A stretch of 57,465 nt of DNA from an uncultured Gammaproteobacteria bacterium (lineage in GTDB: Bacteria; Pseudomonadota; Gammaproteobacteria; GCA-001735895), in assembly GCA_964196115.1 (NCBI GenBank), contig CAXMRQ010000082.1:1-57465 (forward strand), read 5' to 3'. The notes under the pieces were generated by a model, which searched no databases, had not been told where the DNA came from, and worked only from the letters and a program-made list of their open reading frames with translations. The position numbers and the translations under genes were made by a program. Positions 41,634 through 50,585 of the stretch are shown in pieces (position 1 is the first letter of the stretch; the number at the start of each line of letters is the position of its first letter).

Positions 41634-42602
41634 ATGGATAGAACCGAAAGATTTTATATTATCGACCAGATGCTGTCTAACCAGCGTCTGGTAACTCGCG
41701 TGCAGTTCCTTGAGGCGCTTGAAGTTTCTCCGGCTACATTCAAACGTGATATGGAATATATGCGTGATCGACTCGCAGCACCGATAGTATGGGATCGTGA
41801 AAACCGGGGATATCGGTACGACAATGACGAGGCGGGCGCAAATCATTATCAATTACCGGGTTTGTGGTTTAATACCAGTGAAATCCTGGCATTGCTGAGT
41901 ATGGATGCGCTGCTGGATAATTTGCAGCCGGGAATATTGTCCAGTCATGTTAAGCCGCTGCAATCGCGCATCCGCCTGTTACTCGATAAGGGTGATCACA
42001 GCGCCGAAGAAATTTCGAAACGTATTCGCATCTTACCGGTAGCAGCGAAGAACTACCGAAGTCAAAATTTTCAGCTTGTTAGCCAGGCATTACTGACACG
42101 CAAGCGCCTGCAAATATGTTATTACAGCCGCCAGCTAGATAGCGAAAGTAATCGTCAGATATCACCGCAACGTCTGATCTACTATCGCGATAACTGGTAT
42201 CTCGATAGCTGGTGCCACTGGCGCAAAGGGCTGCGCAGTTTTTCCATAGACGCGATTAAACAGGTGGAGATACTGGCAGAAACGGCGAAGGATATTAATG
42301 AACAGTATTTGAATGATGAACTGGCGAGTGGTTATGGAATTTTTTCGGGTGCCGAAACGCATCAGGCCGAGTTACGGTTCAGTCCCGAAATCGCACGCTG
42401 GGTATCACGAGAATTATGGCATTCGCAGCAGCAGAGTTGCTATGATGAGTCTGGTTTTTATATTTTGCAAATCCCCTACAGTCAGGATACCGAGTTGATA
42501 ATGGATATCCTAAAACACGGCCCCGAAGTTGAAGTATTGCAACCTCCCGATTTGCGTCATAAAGTCGGCCAACGAATCAAGGCGATGCAAGCATTATACT
42601 AG
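41634..42602 (+). CDS. HTH-WYL-WCX transcriptional regulator (YafY/PafB/DriD-like)
   Basis: LEVSPATFKRDMEYMR wHTH; RQISPQRLIYYRDNWYLDSWC...RSFSIDAI WYL domain; DILKHGPEVEVLQPPDLR WCX. Confidence 0.93.
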   Translation: MDRTERFYIIDQMLSNQRLVTRVQFLEALEVSPATFKRDMEYMRDRLAAPIVWDRENRGYRYDNDEAGANHYQLPGLWFNTSEILALLSMDALLDNLQPGILSSHVKPLQSRIRLLLDKGDHSAEEISKRIRILPVAAKNYRSQNFQLVSQALLTRKRLQICYYSRQLDSESNRQISPQRLIYYRDNWYLDSWCHWRKGLRSFSIDAIKQVEILAETAKDINEQYLNDELASGYGIFSGAETHQAELRFSPEIARWVSRELWHSQQQSCYDESGFYILQIPYSQDTELIMDILKHGPEVEVLQPPDLRHKVGQRIKAMQALY

Positions 42603-42621
42603 GAGTCCGACAGGCTCCTGG
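42599..42621. mobile_element. Collapsed remnant of a family 1 subfamily B MITE
   Basis: CTAGGAGTCCGACAGGCTCCTGG = left end fused to right end; AGTCCGACAGGCTCCT identical to 40961-40976. Confidence 0.75.
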
Positions 42622-42636
42622 CCGATAGAGGCTGGC

Positions 42637-43494
42637 TTACCAGAGGTCGATTTCAATATTATCCAGCAGACGGGTGTCGCCTAAACGAGTGGTTACCAGA
42701 ATCACCAGTTTGCGGTCTTGCGGGGTAGCTGGTTTTAAATTATCAGCGTTGCAGACGCTAAAATAATCGGTATCGAATCCTGCCTGATCGAGGCGTTCGA
42801 TGGCCTGTTTTTCGATCAAATCGAAATTATGATCACCATTTAATATCTGCTCCGAGGTATCCTGTAGTGTTATATGAATTAAAGCCGCCTGCGATTTTTG
42901 GGCCTCACTGAGATACTGGTTTCGCGAACTGATGGCCAGGCCCGAGGCCTCGCGTGAAGTTTCCTGGCCAATTATTTCGACATCCATATTTAAGTCCTGT
43001 GTCATTTTTTTGATCACGCAATATTGTTGAAAATCCTTTTTTCCAAACACAGAAATGTCCGCTTTGACGATATTGAATAATTTTGCAACTATGGTAGCAA
43101 CACCGGTGAAGTGGCCGGGTCTATGCGCACCCTCAAATGTTTCGGTTAGATTGGTGACAAAAATTTGGCTGATATTTTCCAGTCCATGCGGATAAAGTTC
43201 AGATGCTGTTGGCATGTATACCAGGTCGCAATTAACAGACTCGAGAAGTTCGATATCCTTATCCAGCGTACGGGGGTAGTGATTGAAGTCCTCGTTGGGA
43301 CCAAATTGCATCGGATTGACGAATATACTGCATATTGATCGATCGCATAATGACTGGCCCTTTTCGATTAACGATAAATGGCCCTGATGCAAATTCCCCA
43401 TGGTTGGAATAAAAGCAATCGATTGATTGTGATCCTTCCAGTGCTGAACATATTGTTTCAGTTCACTGACTGAGTTTGCCTGTTCCATGGGCAT
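42637..43494 (-). CDS. panC: Pantoate--beta-alanine ligase
   Basis: PTMGNLHQGH, FVNPMQF, RPGHFTGV, FGKKDFQQ, SSRN, RLLDN. Confidence 0.97.
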   Translation of the reverse strand: MPMEQANSVSELKQYVQHWKDHNQSIAFIPTMGNLHQGHLSLIEKGQSLCDRSICSIFVNPMQFGPNEDFNHYPRTLDKDIELLESVNCDLVYMPTASELYPHGLENISQIFVTNLTETFEGAHRPGHFTGVATIVAKLFNIVKADISVFGKKDFQQYCVIKKMTQDLNMDVEIIGQETSREASGLAISSRNQYLSEAQKSQAALIHITLQDTSEQILNGDHNFDLIEKQAIERLDQAGFDTDYFSVCNADNLKPATPQDRKLVILVTTRLGDTRLLDNIEIDLW

Positions 43495-43498
43495 TTAC

Positions 43499-44317
43499 TC
43501 AGGAGAAACTATGCGACTGATCTGGGAACTGGCCACTTTTGACTTCGCTGACATAACGGCTGACAGCCTCCTGAATAGTGGATTGGCCTTGCATGAAATT
43601 TTTCGAAAACTTGGGTTTTTTGCCATCGGTAATATTCAAAATATCCTGTAGCACCAGGATTTGACCGTCTACATCGGCCCCGGCTCCAATACCAATGACA
43701 GGAATTTCCAGGGATTTACTAATCTCTGCTGCCAGACTGGCTGGCACGCACTCGAGCAATAGCAGGTCTGCGCCTGCCTGCTGTATCTGGCAGGCGGTAT
43801 TGATCATTTGTTCGGCCGCTGATTTACTTTTACCCTGTACGCGATAGCCCCCCATTTTGTGCACCGATTGTGGTTGCAGACCCAAATGAGCGCAGGTCGC
43901 AATGCCGAACTTTGACAGCATCTCGACGGTTTTGATTTGCGTAATACCGCCCTCCAGCTTTACTACCTGAGCCTGGGTCGCCTTTAACAACTCACTGGCG
44001 TTATCGAGAGCCTGTTGCGGTGAATTGAGAGATCCAAATGGCATGTCTAACATCAACAGGGTGTTACTCAAACCCGCCGCCACTATTGAGCCGTGGTATT
44101 TAATATCCTCAAGCGTTACCGGGATCGTAGTATCATGTCCCTGAATCACCATGCCCAGTGAGTCACCGACCAAAACCACTTCGATCCCAGATTGTTCGAC
44201 CAGTCGAGCGAAGCTGTAGTCATACGCGGTCAGGCAGGCAAATTTTTCACCCTGCTGCTTGAGTTTCTTCAGATATGGGACAGTTATTTTGTCTTCCAGC
44301 GGTTTAGGAATATACAT
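43499..44317 (-). CDS. panB: 3-methyl-2-oxobutanoate hydroxymethyltransferase
   Basis: LTAYD, LVGDSLG, KLEGG, HLGLQPQ, IGIGAG. Confidence 0.97.
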   Translation of the reverse strand: MYIPKPLEDKITVPYLKKLKQQGEKFACLTAYDYSFARLVEQSGIEVVLVGDSLGMVIQGHDTTIPVTLEDIKYHGSIVAAGLSNTLLMLDMPFGSLNSPQQALDNASELLKATQAQVVKLEGGITQIKTVEMLSKFGIATCAHLGLQPQSVHKMGGYRVQGKSKSAAEQMINTACQIQQAGADLLLLECVPASLAAEISKSLEIPVIGIGAGADVDGQILVLQDILNITDGKKPKFSKNFMQGQSTIQEAVSRYVSEVKSGQFPDQSHSFS

Positions 44318-44332
44318 AAAATATTTATCTGG

Positions 44333-44995
44333 TTAATAGGCAAATGATGACTGATTGAAATAATGGCGTCCAGATCGAATATTAGTAATTTCATCGAGTA
44401 AGGCCTGGTAATCCTGTTGGTTATTGATTAAATCAATCGATTGGGTGTTTACCGTGAGCAGTGCGCCTTCATCGTAGTCGTAAAAGAAACGAGTATACAA
44501 TTCGCATAGACGCATCAGGTAATCGTCTTTAATTTTTTGTTCGTAATCGATACCGCGATTAGTGATGCGTTCGCGCAATATATCTATCGGTGCCTGCAAA
44601 TAGATCACCAGGTCGGGCTGCGGCGCGTCGATAGTCATGTGCTGATATATTTGTTGGTAGAGTTTCAGCTCATCGTTAGTGAGGGTCAATTCGGCAAATA
44701 ATCGATCTTTGTCGATCATAAAATCGGCGATATGCGAATTTTGAAACAGGTCTATCTGGCGAAAACTCTGCACCTGTTGAGCGCGTTGTAATAAAAAAGA
44801 TAATTGCGTCGATAAGGCGTATTGCCGAGGGTTTTCGTAAAATCTGGCTATGAATGGATTTTCCTCGGCCTTCTCTAGCAATAACTCACTTTCGAAACTA
44901 TCTGCCAGTTTTTTAACCAGGCTGGTTTTTCCGACACCAATTGGTCCTTCAACAGCAATATAGCGGAGTTGAGTCTGCATATTCAGATCAGTCAT
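44333..44995 (-). CDS. Deoxynucleoside kinase
   Basis: EGPIGVGKT P-loop, PDLVIYLQA; typical folK-dNK-panB context. Confidence 0.92.
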   Translation of the reverse strand: MTDLNMQTQLRYIAVEGPIGVGKTSLVKKLADSFESELLLEKAEENPFIARFYENPRQYALSTQLSFLLQRAQQVQSFRQIDLFQNSHIADFMIDKDRLFAELTLTNDELKLYQQIYQHMTIDAPQPDLVIYLQAPIDILRERITNRGIDYEQKIKDDYLMRLCELYTRFFYDYDEGALLTVNTQSIDLINNQQDYQALLDEITNIRSGRHYFNQSSFAY

Positions 44996-45482
44996 CAACA
45001 ATAGTCAATTTAATTGGCGAGGCATTATCTATCAGGTATTCGAGACTGCCTAAACCTGGAATGTATTTTTCACCGCTAATTTCGAGTAGCGGCTTCAACA
45101 CAAACAACCGATTCTGCATCTCGGGATGGGGCACAGTGAGGTGGCTATCGCCGATAAAACGGTTACCAAACAGGATGATATCGAGATCCAGTGTTCTTGG
45201 TCCCCAGCGAAGCGCAGTATCACGCTGCCGGTAAAATGCATATTCGATAGCCTGTAATTCGAGCAATAGATCGATTGGTTGCAGCTCGGTATTGAGCGCT
45301 GCGACTGCGTTGATGTAATCGTCCTGAGGAATGTCACCAATAGATCCCGACTGATACAGTGACGAAGATTTTATCATCTGCGTTTTAGATAGCTTGCCCA
45401 GGTGTTTGATTGCCTCATGGACGATCGTAATCGAATCGCCCAGATTACTGCCGATACCGATGTATACGTCCTCAGCCGACAT
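44988..45482 (-). CDS. folK: 2-amino-4-hydroxy-6-hydroxymethyldihydropteridine diphosphokinase
   Basis: IGSNLG, WGPRTLDLDI, VPHP..RLFVLKPL. Confidence 0.96.
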   Translation of the reverse strand: MSAEDVYIGIGSNLGDSITIVHEAIKHLGKLSKTQMIKSSSLYQSGSIGDIPQDDYINAVAALNTELQPIDLLLELQAIEYAFYRQRDTALRWGPRTLDLDIILFGNRFIGDSHLTVPHPEMQNRLFVLKPLLEISGEKYIPGLGSLEYLIDNASPIKLTIVDD

Positions 45483-46809
45483 TTTTCCTCGGTCTTCGTC
45501 GATAGTTGCCGGAATCCCTTGCCCTGTGGCTATCGGATGACGGGGCTTGATTATTTTGTTGATAATCCGTCCACCATTGGCTCAAATTTGCGGGTATTAG
45601 ACTAACCATCGATTGAATGCACATAAAATCGTATGCCGCGCGGAAGCAGGGCTGAGCGAGTAATCGTTCGGGTTGTTTGCCCTGTGTGCGCTGAAATTTT
45701 GGCTGTGAGGTCCAGATGTCACGAGCCGTCTGGCTGAAGCGGCGTGGAATCGAAATGTGTTTCAGCTGGCGACTCATCACGTCTGACCCTGCCTGGAATA
45801 TAGCTGGAACAATTTTAACTTTGTCGGACTGTAATTTTAGTGCCTGTTGGTGTACCACAGGCCACAGCATGATCGCGAAGATAAAAGCTGGCGAAACATG
45901 CTGGTTATTATTGATGCGAATATCAGTATTCACCAGGCCCTGGTCGACAAAATCCAGCATTGCCTCGTCGGGTTCGTTGTGCAACAGCTCATCGAGTGCC
46001 GGGAACAGGTATTGGAGTAAATTGTAGTGTCTGAGCAGCTTTAAAACACCGGTTGCGTTGCCTGAGTGAAACAGTTTTACGGTTTCATCGAACAACCGTG
46101 CAGAGGGAATGTCCGCGAGCAAATGACCGCATTTGAAAATCGCATCCCCCGCATATTTCTCAATTTCGAAATCAAGTTTAGCCGCGAATCTTATAGCGCG
46201 CAGCATACGTACGGGATCTTCCTGATAACGTGTTTCAGCGTCGCCAATCAGGCGCAAAGTCCGAGCCTCTACGTCTTTGATGCCGTCGGTGTAGTCGAGT
46301 ATGGAGAAACTGGCGATGTCGTAATACAAAGCATTCGCAGTAAAATCACGTCGAATCGCGTCGTCATGAATTTCACCGAAGGTATTGTCGCGTAAAATCC
46401 GACCTTCGGTACTGAGTTCGTTTTTGGGTGAGTCGGCCGTATGGCTGCGAAAAGTGGCTACTTCAATGATTTCGCGACCGAAACGAATATGCACGAGTCG
46501 AAATCGCCGTCCGATGATACGGCTATTTTTAAAAAGCGAGTGCAACTGCTCCGGTGTCGCATCAGTCGCGACATCAAAATCTTTGGGTTTTAGTCCCAGC
46601 AGCAGATCACGAACCCCTCCACCAACCAGACAGGCACGGTAGCCAGAATTGGTAAGTCGATATAGAACCTTTAGTGCGGCTTCAGATATCGATTTCCTTG
46701 AAATATTGTGTCTGGTTCGGGGAATGATCGCTAACTTATCTGAATTTGCCTCTGTATTATTCGCCACGTTAAGTGAATCCTGTAGTATGCGCGAATCATA
46801 ACATTTCAT
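45472..46809 (-). CDS. pcnB: Poly(A) polymerase I
   Basis: VGGGVRDLL, PKDFDVAT, IIGRRFRLVH PAP signature, RRDFT; true start may be GTG near 46769. Confidence 0.95.
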   Translation of the reverse strand: MKCYDSRILQDSLNVANNTEANSDKLAIIPRTRHNISRKSISEAALKVLYRLTNSGYRACLVGGGVRDLLLGLKPKDFDVATDATPEQLHSLFKNSRIIGRRFRLVHIRFGREIIEVATFRSHTADSPKNELSTEGRILRDNTFGEIHDDAIRRDFTANALYYDIASFSILDYTDGIKDVEARTLRLIGDAETRYQEDPVRMLRAIRFAAKLDFEIEKYAGDAIFKCGHLLADIPSARLFDETVKLFHSGNATGVLKLLRHYNLLQYLFPALDELLHNEPDEAMLDFVDQGLVNTDIRINNNQHVSPAFIFAIMLWPVVHQQALKLQSDKVKIVPAIFQAGSDVMSRQLKHISIPRRFSQTARDIWTSQPKFQRTQGKQPERLLAQPCFRAAYDFMCIQSMVSLIPANLSQWWTDYQQNNQAPSSDSHRARDSGNYRRRPRKNVG

Positions 46810-46860
46810 TGCCCGATTGTAGCGATAAGTTTTATCTGGATCATGAGACAGCTGGCGAGC

Positions 46861-48729
46861 CTAAGGTTTTGAGGATTCCAGTAGTTCCCATCGTTCGAAT
46901 AATTGCTGCAACGATTGTTCGTTTTCAGCGAGTTGTTTTTGAGCATCACTGATGCGCTGCGGATCCCCCTGGAAAAACTCTGGATCGACAAAACATTGTT
47001 GTAATTCAGCGATTGTGTTTTCCAGTTTTTCGATTTTTCGCGGTAATGTTTTTAATTCTTTCTGATCCTGCGGACTTATTGCGGGTTTCGACTTCTCTGG
47101 CTTGATTGGAGTCGAACTCGCCTTTAGGGGTTCAGTCTTCGATGGCCGTTGTCTTAACCAGTCATCGTAACCACCAACGTACTCATTCACTTCTCCCGGT
47201 GCATCGAAAACCAGCGTGCTGGTGACAATATTATCGATAAATGTGCGGTCGTGGCTCACCAGCAACAAGCTACCTTTGAACTCGACCAGCAGTTCTTCCA
47301 GTAGCTCGAGTGTATCCATGTCCAGGTCATTGGTTGGCTCGTCCATAATGAGGAAGTTGAAAGACCGCGTGAACAACTTCGCCAACAGCAGACGATTGCG
47401 CTCGCCTCCGGACAACGCCTTCGCTGGCATATTTATTTTTTTATCGGTAAAGAGGAAATTCTTCAGGTAACTTATGACATGTTTTGGCTGCCCATCGACC
47501 GTCACCTGGTCGTTTTTGTCGGCAATGTTTTCGCGCACCGTTTTACTATTATCAATGGTTTCGCGAAGTTGATCAAAATAAGCAATTTCGAGTTTAGTAC
47601 CGAGTTTGACCTGACCTTGCTGAGGAGTAAGGTCACCCAGCAGTAACTGGATCAGTGTCGACTTGCCACAACCATTGGGCCCTATGATGCCGATTTTTTC
47701 GCCGCGCAGTATTTTGCAGTTAAAGTTTTTGACGATTGCCTTATCCGGCCAGGCAAATTCGAGATCCTCTGCTTCGACTACAATCTTGCCTGACAGGTCA
47801 GATTTTTGTGTCGCCAGATTAACCCGGCCCTGCATTTCGCGACGTTGGGAGCGTTCATCACGTAACTTTTTAAGCGCCCTTACACGACCTTCATTGCGCG
47901 TTCTTCTGGCTTTAATGCCCTGACGTATCCATACTTCTTCCTGGGCAAGTTTTTTATCGAATAAGGCGTTGTGGGTGACTTCGGTATCCAGCATCGCCTG
48001 TTTCGCCCGCAGGAAGTTCTGGTAGTCGCCGGGCCAACTGGTTAACTGGCCTCGGTCGAGATCAACAATGCGGGTTGCCAGCGCCTGTAGAAAAGTACGA
48101 TCGTGGGTGATAAATAACAGGCTACCCCTGAACTGGCGTAAAAATTCTTCCAACCAGATAATCGATTCAATATCGAGATGGTTAGTCGGTTCGTCGAGCA
48201 ATAATAAATCGGGGTCGGCAACCAGTGCCTGACCGAGTAACACGCGTCGCTTCATGCCGCCGGAAAGCTGGTTGAAATCGGTATCGGCGGGTAACCCAAG
48301 TTTTGAAATGGTTGTTGATACTCTATTTTCCAGGTTCCAGGCGTCATTGGCTTCGATTTGATCCTGCAATTTTTGCATGCGCGCCAACGCGGATGGATCG
48401 CTCGAAGCATCGAGTAATGTGTGATGCCAGTCGGTAATTAGGTTAGCCAGGGAACCGAGACCGGCAGCAATACAATCGTATACGCTACCCTGCATGTTGT
48501 CGGGAACTTCCTGCTTAAGCTCCGCTATTCGTATGTCTCGAGCGAAGTTGATTTCGCCGTCGTCGGGCTTAATCGCACGGATTAGTATTTTCAACAGGGT
48601 CGACTTACCCGCGCCATTTCTGCCAATCAGGCAGATTCGCTCTCCCGTTTCGATAGTCAAATTGGCATGATCCAGTAACGGCTGGTCGCCGTAACTGTGA
48701 TAGATATTTTTTGCGCTTACCAGACTCAT
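46861..48729 (-). CDS. uup: ABC-F ATPase Uup
   Basis: Two ABC cassettes, EEVWIRQGIKARRTRNEGRVRAL linker, C-terminal coiled coil ending RWELLE. Confidence 0.93.
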   Translation of the reverse strand: MSLVSAKNIYHSYGDQPLLDHANLTIETGERICLIGRNGAGKSTLLKILIRAIKPDDGEINFARDIRIAELKQEVPDNMQGSVYDCIAAGLGSLANLITDWHHTLLDASSDPSALARMQKLQDQIEANDAWNLENRVSTTISKLGLPADTDFNQLSGGMKRRVLLGQALVADPDLLLLDEPTNHLDIESIIWLEEFLRQFRGSLLFITHDRTFLQALATRIVDLDRGQLTSWPGDYQNFLRAKQAMLDTEVTHNALFDKKLAQEEVWIRQGIKARRTRNEGRVRALKKLRDERSQRREMQGRVNLATQKSDLSGKIVVEAEDLEFAWPDKAIVKNFNCKILRGEKIGIIGPNGCGKSTLIQLLLGDLTPQQGQVKLGTKLEIAYFDQLRETIDNSKTVRENIADKNDQVTVDGQPKHVISYLKNFLFTDKKINMPAKALSGGERNRLLLAKLFTRSFNFLIMDEPTNDLDMDTLELLEELLVEFKGSLLLVSHDRTFIDNIVTSTLVFDAPGEVNEYVGGYDDWLRQRPSKTEPLKASSTPIKPEKSKPAISPQDQKELKTLPRKIEKLENTIAELQQCFVDPEFFQGDPQRISDAQKQLAENEQSLQQLFERWELLESSKP

Positions 48730-48845
48730 ACAATCGCCGAAATTTTAGATGCGGTATTATGCTGTTTTTGCAGGTAAGTTGCGGTATATTTTTAACTATT
48801 AATCCGGCAATTGATATCGTCGAGTTAACAGTAAAGGGTAATCTC

Positions 48846-49490
48846 ATGTGCGGACGATTTTTTCTAGATACTAACGTCAAAGATATCATGGAGCATTATA
48901 ATGCGCCGCCCCCCGATATCTTTAGCCCTCGATATAATATTGCGCCGACCACACCAGTACTCGCGCGTACCGATAAGGGAATCACTTTGTTTCGCTGGGG
49001 ATTGATCCCCGCCTGGGCAAAAGACCTGTCGATGGGTAATCGGATGTTTAATGCGCGCGCCGAGACAGTGGCAGAAAAACCTTCGTTTCGTAATGCCTAC
49101 CGCCGCCGTCGCTGTTTGATTGCCGCCAGTGGATACTACGAATGGCGCGTCGAAAACGGTCGCAAGCAGCCCTATTGCTGCCATATCGATCACGGTCTGT
49201 TTTCAATGGCCGGTATCTGGGAGCACTGGCAGGATGCGAATGGTAATGAAATCCAGTCCTGCGCCATTATTACTACCGAAGCAAGGCAGGCGATTTCAGA
49301 AATTCATCAGCGTATGCCGGTGCATATAGCCAGCGATGATTACGCGAAATGGCTCGACTGTAGCTCGGAAAAAACCAGTGATGCGGATGATTTGCTGGCT
49401 AATACCCTGCCGAATTATCAGTATTATGCGGTGAGTACCGCGGTTAATAATGCTCGTAATGAGGGTAGGGATTTGATTCGGGGGATTTAG
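48846..49490 (+). CDS. SRAP (YedK/HMCES) abasic-site-protecting protein
   Basis: Starts MCGRF (catalytic Cys2, so true start is 48846); RYNIAPT, WGLIP, NARAE, IHQRMP. Confidence 0.94.
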   Translation: MCGRFFLDTNVKDIMEHYNAPPPDIFSPRYNIAPTTPVLARTDKGITLFRWGLIPAWAKDLSMGNRMFNARAETVAEKPSFRNAYRRRRCLIAASGYYEWRVENGRKQPYCCHIDHGLFSMAGIWEHWQDANGNEIQSCAIITTEARQAISEIHQRMPVHIASDDYAKWLDCSSEKTSDADDLLANTLPNYQYYAVSTAVNNARNEGRDLIRGI

Positions 49491-49529
49491 TTGGGCTCCT
49501 GGTTGAGTGGGGTTTGCTGGGGTTTATTA

Positions 49530-50040
49530 ATTTGCCAGGGTTTCGCACACTAAGTCTCTCATTACTCCGTAGTTAACTCAGGAGTAAGTGCGCGAGTCTC
49601 TTTTCTCTGCAGCGAGAAAAGTAACCAAAAGCGCCGCCCCGAACAAGCCCTTATTTCGTCAAAATAGCGCCCATATCAGGGTCGGCCCACACGCGCTCCC
49701 GGCACGAGCGGGCCTAAATTGGCATCCCTGCCAATTTACCCTAATCTGAACACTATTTTGCCGAGGGCTTGAAAGGGGGAAAGAAGAAAAACTCACTGTC
49801 ATACCGGACTTGATCCGGTATCCATTGAAAAGCGACCTCCGGGGCCTGCAGCAAATGCTATCCAATGGATTCCGGCTCGGAGGCCGGAATGACGGTTCAT
49901 TTCCAGGGAGCCGTAGGCCACACGATTGGGCTGCCTTTTTCTTGGTTACTTCTTTTGGGCAAGCAAAAGAAGCAACTCGCGCACTTACTCATAAATAACT
50001 ACAGAGTAAAGAGAGGCTTAGTGTGCGAAACCCGGCAAAT
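49530..50040. mobile_element. ~510-bp nested palindromic element with 66-68-bp terminal inverted arms
   Basis: 49530-49597 is the imperfect reverse complement of 49975-50040; inner hairpin domain 49637-49778; nested REP doublet; non-coding, between convergent genes. Confidence 0.8.
49797..49894. repeat. Inverted REP doublet (GTC-tagged type)
   Basis: TGTCATACCGGACTTGATCCGGTATCCATTG ... CAATGGATTCCGGCTCGGAGGCCGGAATGACG. Confidence 0.8.
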
Positions 50041-50076
50041 CAGCAATCAGACACGCATAAATCGACATTAGTCGAT

Positions 50077-50376
50077 TTATCCCGCTTCAACACCTCCACT
50101 ACGCACCAGTTCGGCAAGCCGGTCATCATCATATGCTTGTTCCAGCTCGCTGGCAGCCGCATCGACGACGGCCTGTAAATCTTTGCCACAGTTCACTGCT
50201 TCTTGTCGCCATTGTTCCAGGTAGGCATCGGTGCCGGCCATTTTGGCGCGCATTGCGGCTTTGTCGATGGCTATGGCGAAGCGTTCGGTTAATACCAGTT
50301 TGGCATTTTCACGACGTTCTTTGGCTATCACCTGGGCAGGAATATCTCGCCAGTAAACAGTGGTTAATTTGGGCAT
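50077..50376 (-). CDS. Small 'virulence factor' family protein (Virulence_fact-like)
   Basis: VYWRDIPAQV, RF..AIDKAAMR, DAYLEQWR motifs. Confidence 0.8.
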   Translation of the reverse strand: MPKLTTVYWRDIPAQVIAKERRENAKLVLTERFAIAIDKAAMRAKMAGTDAYLEQWRQEAVNCGKDLQAVVDAAASELEQAYDDDRLAELVRSGGVEAG

Positions 50377-50585
50377 CGTAACGGCTCACCTGTTGATTCA
50401 GGAGGCGAGTATAAATAGCATTTTGGTAGAAATCCAGTTGTCAATTCACTGCAAATGTTGTTGCCAGTTTATCGATATTGGATGGTTTCCGGTTTGCCAG
50501 GATGCGGGCGAAAATAGCCTATGATTTCAGGCCAACAATGATAATAATAGGCGACAGTTTTTAACAGAGTTCAGCAGGGCGAGTT

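Noticed and set aside
41550-41852. 101-aa N-terminal extension of the cupin ORF in the track
   Set aside because: Overlaps the WYL gene and operator; RBS supports ATG 41549
48711-48845. N-terminal extension of the SRAP ORF, and a possible LexA box
   Set aside because: SRAP needs Cys2, so the start is 48846; no CTGT-N8-ACAG found by eye
49480-49526. GGGGTTT-like short repeats after SRAP
   Set aside because: Low-complexity and irregular; no periodic structure
46861-50040. Functional link between Uup, SRAP and the adjacent large palindrome
   Set aside because: Attractive because Uup affects precise excision of transposons, but only adjacency supports it
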